Positions 35,153-43,662 of a DNA stretch of 64,000 bases are shown here, one piece after another. This DNA is from a virus (taxonomy: Duplodnaviria; Heunggongvirae; Uroviricota; Caudoviricetes): positions 68,337 to 132,336 of the IMG/VR virus record IMGVR_UViG_3300006467_000563, one strand, 5' to 3'. Position numbers and translations under genes: made by a program. The notes under the pieces were generated by a model, which was given only the letters and a program-made list of their open reading frames with translations, was not told the origin of the DNA and searched no databases. How positions within the stretch are numbered: position 1 is the first letter of the stretch; the number at the start of each line of letters is the position of its first letter.

Positions 35153-36247
35153 ATGTCTAAAGAAACCGTTGCAGATATCCGTGCTGAATTAGTATCCCTT
35201 GGTATGACTAAAAAAGAGGCAAACTCAATTAAGGGTAAAGCAAACCTCATTGAAGCAAGACAGGGAATGAAGGCTTCTGTAATTGATATTGAGGAAGATT
35301 ATGAAGTAGAATATCCAGAGTATGAGGGAATTGAGAATTCTACTGAAGACGCTTATGAAGTAACATATGAAGATGAAGCAGCAGAAGACGCTGCAATGCA
35401 AGTATTCGACAAAGCATATTTCAATAATGACGATTATGAAGTAGAATACGACGACATCGATACAGAAGAAGAGTTTGACCCATTCCATAAAGAAGTGGAA
35501 GCTATCGAAGATAAGATTGTTGATGCATCCCAAATTCAACTAGGTGGTCCAGAGTGGCAGGAATATGTTATGGGATTATTCACAGAAGAAGAGCTGATTC
35601 CAAACCCAGATAACAAAGACCAACGTATTCCATGTCTGGCAGGTCTGAGTCGTGTAGCCAGCTCTATCTATAACATGAATTTCAGCGGCCCAGTTGCCAT
35701 TGAAACTGGATATATCAACAACCATCCATCTGCTACAGTTACATATCGTATTGAGGCAGAATATGAAGGACGAACATATGTAGCAGCAGCAGTTGGTGAC
35801 GCTTGGATTGGTAGTATGGACCCACAGAATCCAAAATCAGTGTACAACCGCTACCCAGCAGCTATCGCTGAAAGCCGTGCCGAAAGCCGTGCACTTAAGA
35901 AGCTGCTCCACCTGCGTAATGTTCCTTCTTATGAGGAAATTTCACGCACTGGAGAGGCAAACAGCTATCATTCCCCGTTCTTTGATGAATCCATTGATGA
36001 ATCCCCTCTGGAAATCAATGATACGCAGAAAATGATTATCAATCAGAAGGCCAAACAGTTTGGGATTGATGTATTCAAGTTGATTAACAAGCCTCATTTT
36101 GTAAATCCTGAAGAAAATCCTGAGATTTTGTTTGACAAAATAGATGATGTCCCATACAATGTAGCCAGTCAGATTGTTACTGAGCTGTCTGCTTACCAAA
36201 GTGCGACAGAAGAAGGTAAAGAGATTCCGCAGGAAATTTTACTCTAA
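35153..36247 (+). CDS. Rad52/Sak-like single-strand annealing protein with acidic linker
   Basis: GLSRVA...SATVTYRI...AVGDA...YPAAIAESRAESRALKKLL; acidic YEV repeats at the N-terminus. Confidence 0.5.
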   Translation: MSKETVADIRAELVSLGMTKKEANSIKGKANLIEARQGMKASVIDIEEDYEVEYPEYEGIENSTEDAYEVTYEDEAAEDAAMQVFDKAYFNNDDYEVEYDDIDTEEEFDPFHKEVEAIEDKIVDASQIQLGGPEWQEYVMGLFTEEELIPNPDNKDQRIPCLAGLSRVASSIYNMNFSGPVAIETGYINNHPSATVTYRIEAEYEGRTYVAAAVGDAWIGSMDPQNPKSVYNRYPAAIAESRAESRALKKLLHLRNVPSYEEISRTGEANSYHSPFFDESIDESPLEINDTQKMIINQKAKQFGIDVFKLINKPHFVNPEENPEILFDKIDDVPYNVASQIVTELSAYQSATEEGKEIPQEILL

Positions 36248-36271
36248 TTTGAGTTTTTCTTTCTGCCAGCC

Positions 36272-36300
36272 TTGACAAATAGGTGGAATCACTTTACAAT
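36272..36300 (+). promoter_or_regulatory. Sigma70-type promoter TTGACA-N17-TACAAT
   Basis: Perfect -35, 5/6 -10, 17-bp spacer, intergenic. Confidence 0.85.
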
Positions 36301-36330
36301 GGTTCCGTCTATTTTAATTAGGAGAAAGTA

Positions 36331-36492
36331 ATGCCACACTACGAAGACGAATATTACGAAGATATCTATTCATACTATGAAGACGATGACGATTGGGATA
36401 GTGAATATGAAGATGATGATTGGTATGACAATGAATTCGACTCAGAGTATGATGAAGACTATTATGATGATTTTGATGACCGTTGCTGGTAA
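36331..36492 (+). CDS. 53-aa Asp/Glu/Tyr-rich micro-protein (not in the ORF track)
   Basis: AGGAG SD; MPHYEDEYYEDIYSYYEDDDDWDSEYEDDDWYDNEFDSEYDEDYYDDFDDRCW; first gene after the promoter. Confidence 0.8.
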   Translation: MPHYEDEYYEDIYSYYEDDDDWDSEYEDDDWYDNEFDSEYDEDYYDDFDDRCW

Positions 36493-36504
36493 GGAAGGAA
36501 AAAG

Positions 36505-37413
36505 ATGATTTTACTTGATGGTAAACCGATTAATGTGACCACATTCCCAGACCACACTTCCCAAGTGTGGAAAGTTGAAGGCTTGGAAGATGCGAAACGT
36601 GTTGAATGGCGATATGAAAACGATTCAGAATTTCTGCATCTGATTCAGCTTATAATGCTTTTGGAAGAGCTTGATAAAGAGATTGAATTATTCATCCCAT
36701 TCATGCCATATGCTCGTCAGGATAAGCCTGTTTCAAACGAAACAACATTTGCTGGTGCTACATGTGGATGGTGTATTGGAAGTGTTGGAAGTTACATTAG
36801 TAAGTTAACAACTGTTGATGTTCATAGTGACATTGTCATTAGGATGATTTCTGGCACATCACTAGCACTGAATAATATTAGCCCTGAAATTGACAATATC
36901 TACCCACAGTCATTGATAGATGTTGTAAATGAATATGATGTAGTAATCTTCCCAGATGAGGGGGCAAAAGAGCGTTACGGGAAGCTATTCAATCCAGAAT
37001 TCAAATACAGTTTGTCAAAAGTCCGTGACCAACTGACAGGTGAAATTCTTTGTATGAGATTTAACGAAACAGATGTTAATCTTAGAAACAAGCGATGTAT
37101 TATTGTGGATGACATTTGTGATGGTGGTAGAACTTTTGTTGGAGTGTCTGATACGATTGACACAATGGACGCTGAGTGTGGAGAATTGGCTCTGTGTGTG
37201 ACACATGGAATCTTCTCTAATATGTCTATCCTTGACAGTATGTTAGGGCGGCATTTCGACAAAATTTACACTACAGACAGTTTGTATCGTGGTATGACAG
37301 CAGATGACTGGCGTATCGATGCAGAACAGAGTGTAAAATATAATACTCTGTATAATGCGATGTTAACCGGAAAACTTTCTATTCTTTCATGTGATGAAGG
37401 GGTAGTGTTGTGA
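36505..37413 (+). CDS. prs: PRPP synthetase-like pyrophosphokinase (candidate NARP1 Adps)
   Basis: TFPD, IPFMPYARQDK, VDVHS, FPDEGA, IVDDICDGGRTF, THGIFS. Confidence 0.88.
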   Translation: MILLDGKPINVTTFPDHTSQVWKVEGLEDAKRVEWRYENDSEFLHLIQLIMLLEELDKEIELFIPFMPYARQDKPVSNETTFAGATCGWCIGSVGSYISKLTTVDVHSDIVIRMISGTSLALNNISPEIDNIYPQSLIDVVNEYDVVIFPDEGAKERYGKLFNPEFKYSLSKVRDQLTGEILCMRFNETDVNLRNKRCIIVDDICDGGRTFVGVSDTIDTMDAECGELALCVTHGIFSNMSILDSMLGRHFDKIYTTDSLYRGMTADDWRIDAEQSVKYNTLYNAMLTGKLSILSCDEGVVL

Positions 37414-39107
37414 GTTGGACTATGGAAACTAATCTAACACCTAAACAACAAGAAGATTTTACTAAATCTGTCAAACGCCGACTAGCAAGACAGAATCCAT
37501 TATTTTTTGATAAGGAAGTAACTATGAACTTAACTGGTACACAGATTATGCAGCGTGAAGAAAATAGAAAAAATAGATGCTTCAAACCATCTATCACTGT
37601 TAACCCATTGCTGAAATGTGATGGATACAAGCTGGGGCACCGCCAGCAATACCCAGAAGGGACTGAGCTTGTCTATATCAACTTTACACCACGTAAGTCC
37701 CGTGTTGAAGGTGTAGAGTATATGAGGTTCTTTGGCTTCCAAGCTGTTATGGACCAAATTCTAAATGATTTTCACGTCAATTTCTTTTGCCAGCCAAAAG
37801 ATGTCGTTGTAAACGAATACAAACGAGTAGTTTCTGCATACTTGGGCAAAGATGTTGATGTAGAGCATGTAGCAAAGCTGCACGATTTGGGATATCTTCC
37901 AATTAATGCTTGTGCATTGCCTGAAGGTTCCAAGGTTCCTATGGGGGTCCCCTGTATGACCATGTGGAACACTGTACCAGAATTCTTCTGGTTGCCTAAC
38001 TACCTTGAGACTATTATCAGTGACAAGTTGTGGATGGCGTGTACAAGTGCTACAACTGCTGGAGTGTTTAAGGAACGTTTTGATTACTGGGCAGAAAAAA
38101 CTGGTGCTGATAAAAACAACTTCGTACCATTTCAAGGTCATGACTTCTCTTTTCGTGGCATGGCTGGTGAAGAAGCGGCTATGATGTCTGGTGCTGCTCA
38201 CCTTATTCCTTTTGTTGGTACTGATACTATCCCAGCTCTGCGGTGGTTGGAGCATCACTATGATGCAGACGTCACAAAAGAGTTGGTGGGATGTAGCGTA
38301 GATGCTACTGAACACAGTGTTATGTGTGCTGGTGGAATGGATAATGAGCTGGAAACATTCCGTCGTCTAATTGAGGATGTTTACCCAACAGGGATTGTTA
38401 GTATTGTAAGCGATACATGGGATTTCTGGAAACTGGTTACTGAGTTCCTACCTCTCATGAAGAGCACAATTATGGCTCGTTGGAAGAAAGACCCAACATC
38501 TAAAGTTGTAATCCGTCCTGATAGCGGCACCCCTCATAAGATTCTGAATGGGGACCCAGATGCTGATACTGAGCATGAAAAACTCGGTCTTATCGGATGT
38601 CTACATGAGATTTTTGGGGCAGAAGAAAATGAGGCTGGCTTCTACGCTGTTCACCCTTGTATTGGTGCTATCTATGGTGACGGCATCAACTTTGCAGAGC
38701 AGGAGCGTATCCTGAAAGGTTTACATGATAATGGATATGTATCTACTAGTGTAGTATTAGGGATGGGAAGCTACACATACCAGTACGTTACACGAGATAC
38801 ATTCGGAACAGTATGTAAGGCAACTTACTGCGAAATCAATGGTGAACCGCGTGAGATTTTCAAATCGCCTAAAACTGGTGCATGGAAGAAGTCTCACCGT
38901 GGATTACTGAGAGTAGATTTTGGTCTCCCGCCAGAATGTGCTGATATGGAATATGACGAATTAACTTGGGAGCCTCATAGATATTATGTTACTGAACAAG
39001 TATCTTGGGAAGAACAAGGTGGGGCTTTAGAGCCAATTATTGAAAATGGAGATTTTGTCAAGCGTCAGATTTTAAAGGATGTAAGAGATACATTCCACGC
39101 TTGTTAG
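37410..39107 (+). CDS. nadV: Nicotinamide phosphoribosyltransferase-like protein (candidate NARP1 Namat); alternative start 37524
   Basis: NPLLKCDGYKLGH, HDFSFRG, GTDTIP, ATEHSVM, SIVSDTWD, VVIRPDSG, IYGDGI, KKSHRG. Confidence 0.92.
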   Translation: MSWTMETNLTPKQQEDFTKSVKRRLARQNPLFFDKEVTMNLTGTQIMQREENRKNRCFKPSITVNPLLKCDGYKLGHRQQYPEGTELVYINFTPRKSRVEGVEYMRFFGFQAVMDQILNDFHVNFFCQPKDVVVNEYKRVVSAYLGKDVDVEHVAKLHDLGYLPINACALPEGSKVPMGVPCMTMWNTVPEFFWLPNYLETIISDKLWMACTSATTAGVFKERFDYWAEKTGADKNNFVPFQGHDFSFRGMAGEEAAMMSGAAHLIPFVGTDTIPALRWLEHHYDADVTKELVGCSVDATEHSVMCAGGMDNELETFRRLIEDVYPTGIVSIVSDTWDFWKLVTEFLPLMKSTIMARWKKDPTSKVVIRPDSGTPHKILNGDPDADTEHEKLGLIGCLHEIFGAEENEAGFYAVHPCIGAIYGDGINFAEQERILKGLHDNGYVSTSVVLGMGSYTYQYVTRDTFGTVCKATYCEINGEPREIFKSPKTGAWKKSHRGLLRVDFGLPPECADMEYDELTWEPHRYYVTEQVSWEEQGGALEPIIENGDFVKRQILKDVRDTFHAC

Positions 39108-39113
39108 TGAAAA

Positions 39114-39160
39114 GCAACCATATTCGGTTGTCTTGAGAAAGACAACCGTTTTTGGTTGTC
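39114..39160 (+). terminator. Intrinsic terminator CGGTTGTCTT-gaga-AAGACAACCG-TTTTT with flanking alternative arms
   Basis: 10-bp perfect stem 39125-39148 plus T5, right after the NAMPT stop. Confidence 0.75.
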
Positions 39161-39179
39161 ATAAGAAAAAGAGGTAGAT

Positions 39180-39584
39180 ATGAAAATTATTGTAAATTCA
39201 CAAGGTAAGTTGAATTTTGAAATTGAGGTCGGGCAACAGACTGATGCTTGGGAAGACCTAGCTAGTATCAGAGAGGTATTTGGTGACCGCGTCTGTAAAA
39301 GATGTCAAACTCCAGATGCGGAATTCTTTGTGCGTAAAGCGAAGTCTAAGAATGGCAAGAAAGAATACACTTACCATGAATTGCGTTGTAGCAAGCCAGA
39401 TTGTCGTGCAATCAAGGCATTTAGTGTCATGAATGATGATACTGGGAGGATGTATCCAAAAATCAAGGTTAATGATGAAGACCCAATGTATGAGGACTTC
39501 GTTAAAAATCCGGGTGATGATTGGGCCTATCTGCCATATGATGGGTGGATGATTTATAATCCTAAGACTGGGAAAAAAGAATAA
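39180..39584 (+). CDS. Zinc-binding hypothetical protein
   Basis: GAGGT SD; CKRC and HELRCSKPDC. Confidence 0.7.
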   Translation: MKIIVNSQGKLNFEIEVGQQTDAWEDLASIREVFGDRVCKRCQTPDAEFFVRKAKSKNGKKEYTYHELRCSKPDCRAIKAFSVMNDDTGRMYPKIKVNDEDPMYEDFVKNPGDDWAYLPYDGWMIYNPKTGKKE

Positions 39585-39787
39585 TGGATATGCCTTCAAT
39601 AGAGGAAGCACAAAAAAAGCTGGAATATCACGAACGTTATACATCTATCGTTTGTTTTACTAAATATCATTGTGAACATATGACGCGGGAAGAATATCTT
39701 ACGATGGCAGTAGCTGTCTTAGCTGATTCTTTGAATATAGCTGCTAATGATATCATTGAATTACAAAGAAAAAAAGCGGGCATATAG
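39584..39787 (+). CDS. Hypothetical protein
   Basis: TAATG-coupled; last gene of the + arm. Confidence 0.55.
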   Translation: MDMPSIEEAQKKLEYHERYTSIVCFTKYHCEHMTREEYLTMAVAVLADSLNIAANDIIELQRKKAGI

Positions 39788-39802
39788 CCCGCTTTATTTT
39801 TT
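39771..39802. terminator. Bidirectional intrinsic terminator AAAGCGGGC-atata-GCCCGCTTT
   Basis: Perfect stem with A-tract before and T-tract after, exactly where the two arms converge. Confidence 0.88.
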
Positions 39803-40421
39803 ATAGATACTCAAGTTCGACATACAAACCGTATTCAGTTTTGGACCCGATACTATCAGGGCTGGCACTAATCGCTAGATAATAGTCGTGTTGGTCAGAA
39901 TACGTCTCAGAACCGCTCTCACGCTCCCCAGAATAGCCGGGACTTGCAACTAGGTTAATTGCTACCGAACTCGTTCCAGACGTCGCATTAATCCACTCAG
40001 AGTCTCCTGAGCCGTTGTCGTTCTGTACCGTGTCAGGGTGAATCAACTCAGCAACGTAAGTTGTAACTCCAGAAGCAGCATTTGCTACAGTTGTTCGGTC
40101 GTAAATCTTGACCAAAGCATTCTGTGTCTTTACCGCACTAGTGTGAGTGAAACGTATGTTCAATGTTGCCAAGTAGTTAGGAATAGCTGTCAAAGCGACT
40201 GGGCTACCTGCAGAGTTAACAGTACCACTATCACTAGCAGCATATTTGATGTTATTTACCTGTGGACCCTCAGACGTACCGTCTCCGTTGGTGATAAACG
40301 TTGTAGTTTGAAACTCACCTACGTCAACAGACGAACCAAAGCTCTCTCCGTAAAAGCCTAGTCCAGAATCATTTAAGTTCTCTACTTGGAATGAATCTGC
40401 ATAAAAATTGATAGTTGCCAC
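39801..40421 (-). CDS. Putative virion structural protein (beta-rich)
   Basis: GTG start, GAGG SD, S/T/G-rich, preceded by the late-promoter-like motif. Confidence 0.65.
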   Translation of the reverse strand: MATINFYADSFQVENLNDSGLGFYGESFGSSVDVGEFQTTTFITNGDGTSEGPQVNNIKYAASDSGTVNSAGSPVALTAIPNYLATLNIRFTHTSAVKTQNALVKIYDRTTVANAASGVTTYVAELIHPDTVQNDNGSGDSEWINATSGTSSVAINLVASPGYSGERESGSETYSDQHDYYLAISASPDSIGSKTEYGLYVELEYL

Positions 40422-40450
40422 TGATTATACCTCTTTCGTTATTTTGTGTA

Positions 40451-40471
40451 CTCTCTATAAGATTATACACC
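40451..40471 (-). promoter_or_regulatory. Putative late promoter GGTGTATAATCTTATAGAGAG, copy 1
   Basis: 21-bp exact match to 62029-62049; intergenic; preceded by tandem AAAATAGGT. Confidence 0.75.
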
Positions 40472-40480
40472 TATTTTTAC

Positions 40481-40735
40481 CTATTTTGCACCTTTGCAGG
40501 TTTTACATTTTTTGCTTAAAAAAGTTGGTTTTCCGTCAACTCTATCCCATTTTCCAATAGGACATGATTCTGACGCAATACAGATTTTGGTTTTTATGAA
40601 GCATCCACATTTTTTACATAAAATTCCGCTAAACTCACATGCTTCACAAATTTCTACCCTATACCTTTTTTCATCTTCAGTAGTATTATGAAAATTAGAT
40701 TCAGCATATTTTATTATTGACTCCCATAATGACAC
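40481..40735 (-). CDS. Cys-rich small protein (DUF6171-like)
   Basis: RVEICEAC...CKKCGC....K......CPIGKW. Confidence 0.7.
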   Translation of the reverse strand: MSLWESIIKYAESNFHNTTEDEKRYRVEICEACEFSGILCKKCGCFIKTKICIASESCPIGKWDRVDGKPTFLSKKCKTCKGAK

Positions 40736-43662
40736 TATTTTATCTCCCTCCCTATGGCAGTTTCGATATCGTCATGCATTCTTTTTCCAACAATGTATAC
40801 GCTATTCCCGATAGAAATCATTTCATATATCTCGCTATAAGACGTTTGTAAATATCCATGACTTCCGTCTTCATAACTCATATCCTGCGGTCCAAAATAA
40901 TATGGAGTTTTAAGAGCAAGATTTGTGTCAAAAGTTAAAAGGTTATAAGAGTATGATGCTTTAAATCTTGGAATAGCAGTAGGAACTCCTAGTACTAATG
41001 TGGTTTCAACCCCTTTGATGAAACCTGCTCCGCCAAATCCTCCTAATAAACCGTTCTCAGATAATCCTCCAACTGCTGTATCAGTGTAAACTTGAGAAAA
41101 GCCACGGACCTCGTTACCGTTGTAGTCAAAGCCAGAATTAAGATACTCATTCCCACTAGTAAGAGAACTAGTATCTTTTTCCTGCCTATCTATAACGATA
41201 GCATTATTTTGAAAAGGCCCACCAGTAACACTGATAGAGTCACCATCACTACTAACACTTGGTAAATCGCTGCCAACACTATTGTATGGATATACATCAT
41301 ACCCGTATGTTATAGTGTTACTAGTATATGTATCTGTAGCTGGACTAACAGTTTCATCACGTGTGTAAGAAGCAGTAGAATAGTCTGTAACACGCCAAGC
41401 CCATCCAAATACTCCTTGGGTCACCTCTATAGCACTAGTGTTGTAATTAGGAGTAATATATTGTCTGTCTACAAATAAATTGGCTGTAGTTTCTTTACCT
41501 TCACTAGACTCAGATTGGTAATGATATTCGAGATTATAAGGGGTAGATGAATATGCGTAAAAAGAACAGTAATCATGGTAGTATCGTCCGTGTTGAGTAT
41601 TGTATCTACCAACAGAATCGCTTGGGTTATAATATTCAATACCTCCATATGCTAGTCGCTCTGTATGTGAGCAAACAAAACGATTGCCATTAGTGTCTAG
41701 TGGTAAATTCCTAATATCTGTAGTAATTGTAACCACACCATGAGCATCTACTCTAGTACTTAAATCATCTTGCACATTATCATTATAGGTATAAAAACTA
41801 TTTTCTGTTAATACAGTACCATACATATCATCAAAATCATAATGCATACCGTATGGATTTAGTTCTCGCATTTTTGGATAAACCTGCGTCCCCCCAACCC
41901 AGATAATATCATCATCAGTAATAGAAATACAAATAGCACCGAGCATTGGCTCGCTACGCCCATTTTCATTTTTCTTATATTCAGGTAATTCATCATGGTC
42001 ATAAGTAAAAAAGGGTGCCGATAATAACAGTTCTCCAGTAGTACCATCAATTTTATGGATGTCATTTAAAGCGGTTCCAGCAAATGACATATTTCCATTC
42101 TTTTTTAATGCTGTTCGGAATACGTCATATGCACCAAGACTTGTTCCCCTTGGTATTCCAACAGTATAAATATCTCCGTTAGAATCAACATCAAAATCAG
42201 CAGGAACATATGGATTTATTCTGAAAAATGTCTCTCTACCATTGAATTTATAAATTCTGTATCTTGTGGGTGCAACGTCACCGAATACATCTACTAATTC
42301 TTTAGTTTTGAAAATCACTGTAGCAGAATCGTTATCAGTAATATTAACAGTAAAATGTCCTAATACTTCATCCCAAGAATAGTTCGTAAATGCAGAACCC
42401 GGAGGGTCTGGACTACCAAGAGCAACGAATGCATCCTCGTTTACACTACTATAATAACTCTGTATACCAATATTTTTTTCTCCGCTTGAAATAAGAGTTC
42501 CACCAGTTACACTGTGCAGCTCCCACTGATAGTAATTGACATATTGGTAGACAAAATCTATGTAGTTATTACCTGTTGAGTACAAAATATTGTTCTCAGC
42601 AGCCGCTATATTCTCATCTGTGATAGAACTAACTTCTTTGTATACGAACTCAGCAGATGTGTCAGTCGCTTCATTGTGTAGATAGTATGCATCATAACTA
42701 GTACATCCAGTAAATCTATCCTGTAAAGAATAATCACTCAGGTCTAGAATTAAAAAATCGTATGAGCCTACAGTTCCAGATGTTAGCATATACATCTTGT
42801 TATTCTTAAACTTAATTCTGTAAATCAGAATATTATTACCGAAAGATGTTCTGTCATCTGTGATGATGTGTGAAGATAGAATTTTGTACTCATAGTCAAT
42901 TATAAACAGAAACAATGAGTCTCTAACTTCAGTAATACCTCTTGTTAGTCCACTGGCTCCAGCTAGTCTAACTATGCAGTAAATATTACCATCGTAAATT
43001 TCATACCCTAGCAAGTCTGGCTCATCCGTAGCAGAATCCCAAATGAATCCTTCTGGGACTTCATTGTATGTTGGATTTAATGCAAGAAAAGCAGAATCAT
43101 AGATATTCTGAATGTCAACCAAAGAAGTTAATCCGGGGTCGTAGAAGCTCTCAAGCAATCTACCATACCAGATAGGACCAGTTTCTCCTAGAACCTCAGT
43201 GTCTGTTGGATTGTCGTATACTCTATAGTACAACCTTCTATCTGGTCTGCCGCCTGTGTTTCCTGAAAAATCACTATCTAATTTAACCGTGTTGCCCAAT
43301 ACATCGGTATATTCATACGTCATAAATAAAGGATTCTCACTAACTAAATTAGCATTGTATCTTTTTACATTGCCAATAATATCTGGTGCAGAGTTGCTAT
43401 AACCAGAACCATCAGCATCTGGAATTTCATGTAGTCCGTCCTTTGCGTACGTACTTACACCGCCATCAGTATTTGGGAAAATACCGTATGCTCGAAAACC
43501 TCTATACGTATTGTCTTCGTCTTCGTAGTCTGTTGCAGGATGGTCCTTAAAATGGTCTGCAAAATTTTTAACTACGATATCGTTATTGACGTATGAAAGT
43601 TGTTGTGTTGTGTACCATTCTCCACAACATTGACATGGTCTACCCATTAGCAACCTACCCAA
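40735..43662 (-). CDS. Putative tail fibre/receptor-binding protein with beta-propeller-like segments
   Basis: Position after the hub; DFDVDSNGDIYTVG and ISITDDDIIWVGG blades; N-terminal PCQCC. Confidence 0.55.
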   Translation of the reverse strand: MGRLLMGRPCQCCGEWYTTQQLSYVNNDIVVKNFADHFKDHPATDYEDEDNTYRGFRAYGIFPNTDGGVSTYAKDGLHEIPDADGSGYSNSAPDIIGNVKRYNANLVSENPLFMTYEYTDVLGNTVKLDSDFSGNTGGRPDRRLYYRVYDNPTDTEVLGETGPIWYGRLLESFYDPGLTSLVDIQNIYDSAFLALNPTYNEVPEGFIWDSATDEPDLLGYEIYDGNIYCIVRLAGASGLTRGITEVRDSLFLFIIDYEYKILSSHIITDDRTSFGNNILIYRIKFKNNKMYMLTSGTVGSYDFLILDLSDYSLQDRFTGCTSYDAYYLHNEATDTSAEFVYKEVSSITDENIAAAENNILYSTGNNYIDFVYQYVNYYQWELHSVTGGTLISSGEKNIGIQSYYSSVNEDAFVALGSPDPPGSAFTNYSWDEVLGHFTVNITDNDSATVIFKTKELVDVFGDVAPTRYRIYKFNGRETFFRINPYVPADFDVDSNGDIYTVGIPRGTSLGAYDVFRTALKKNGNMSFAGTALNDIHKIDGTTGELLLSAPFFTYDHDELPEYKKNENGRSEPMLGAICISITDDDIIWVGGTQVYPKMRELNPYGMHYDFDDMYGTVLTENSFYTYNDNVQDDLSTRVDAHGVVTITTDIRNLPLDTNGNRFVCSHTERLAYGGIEYYNPSDSVGRYNTQHGRYYHDYCSFYAYSSTPYNLEYHYQSESSEGKETTANLFVDRQYITPNYNTSAIEVTQGVFGWAWRVTDYSTASYTRDETVSPATDTYTSNTITYGYDVYPYNSVGSDLPSVSSDGDSISVTGGPFQNNAIVIDRQEKDTSSLTSGNEYLNSGFDYNGNEVRGFSQVYTDTAVGGLSENGLLGGFGGAGFIKGVETTLVLGVPTAIPRFKASYSYNLLTFDTNLALKTPYYFGPQDMSYEDGSHGYLQTSYSEIYEMISIGNSVYIVGKRMHDDIETAIGREIK

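Noticed and set aside
37761-38315. 184-aa antisense ORF inside NAMPT, and similar antisense ORFs (e.g. 53958-54338, 44643-45041)
   Set aside because: Shadow frames of strongly conserved sense genes; no SD and no protein-like motifs.
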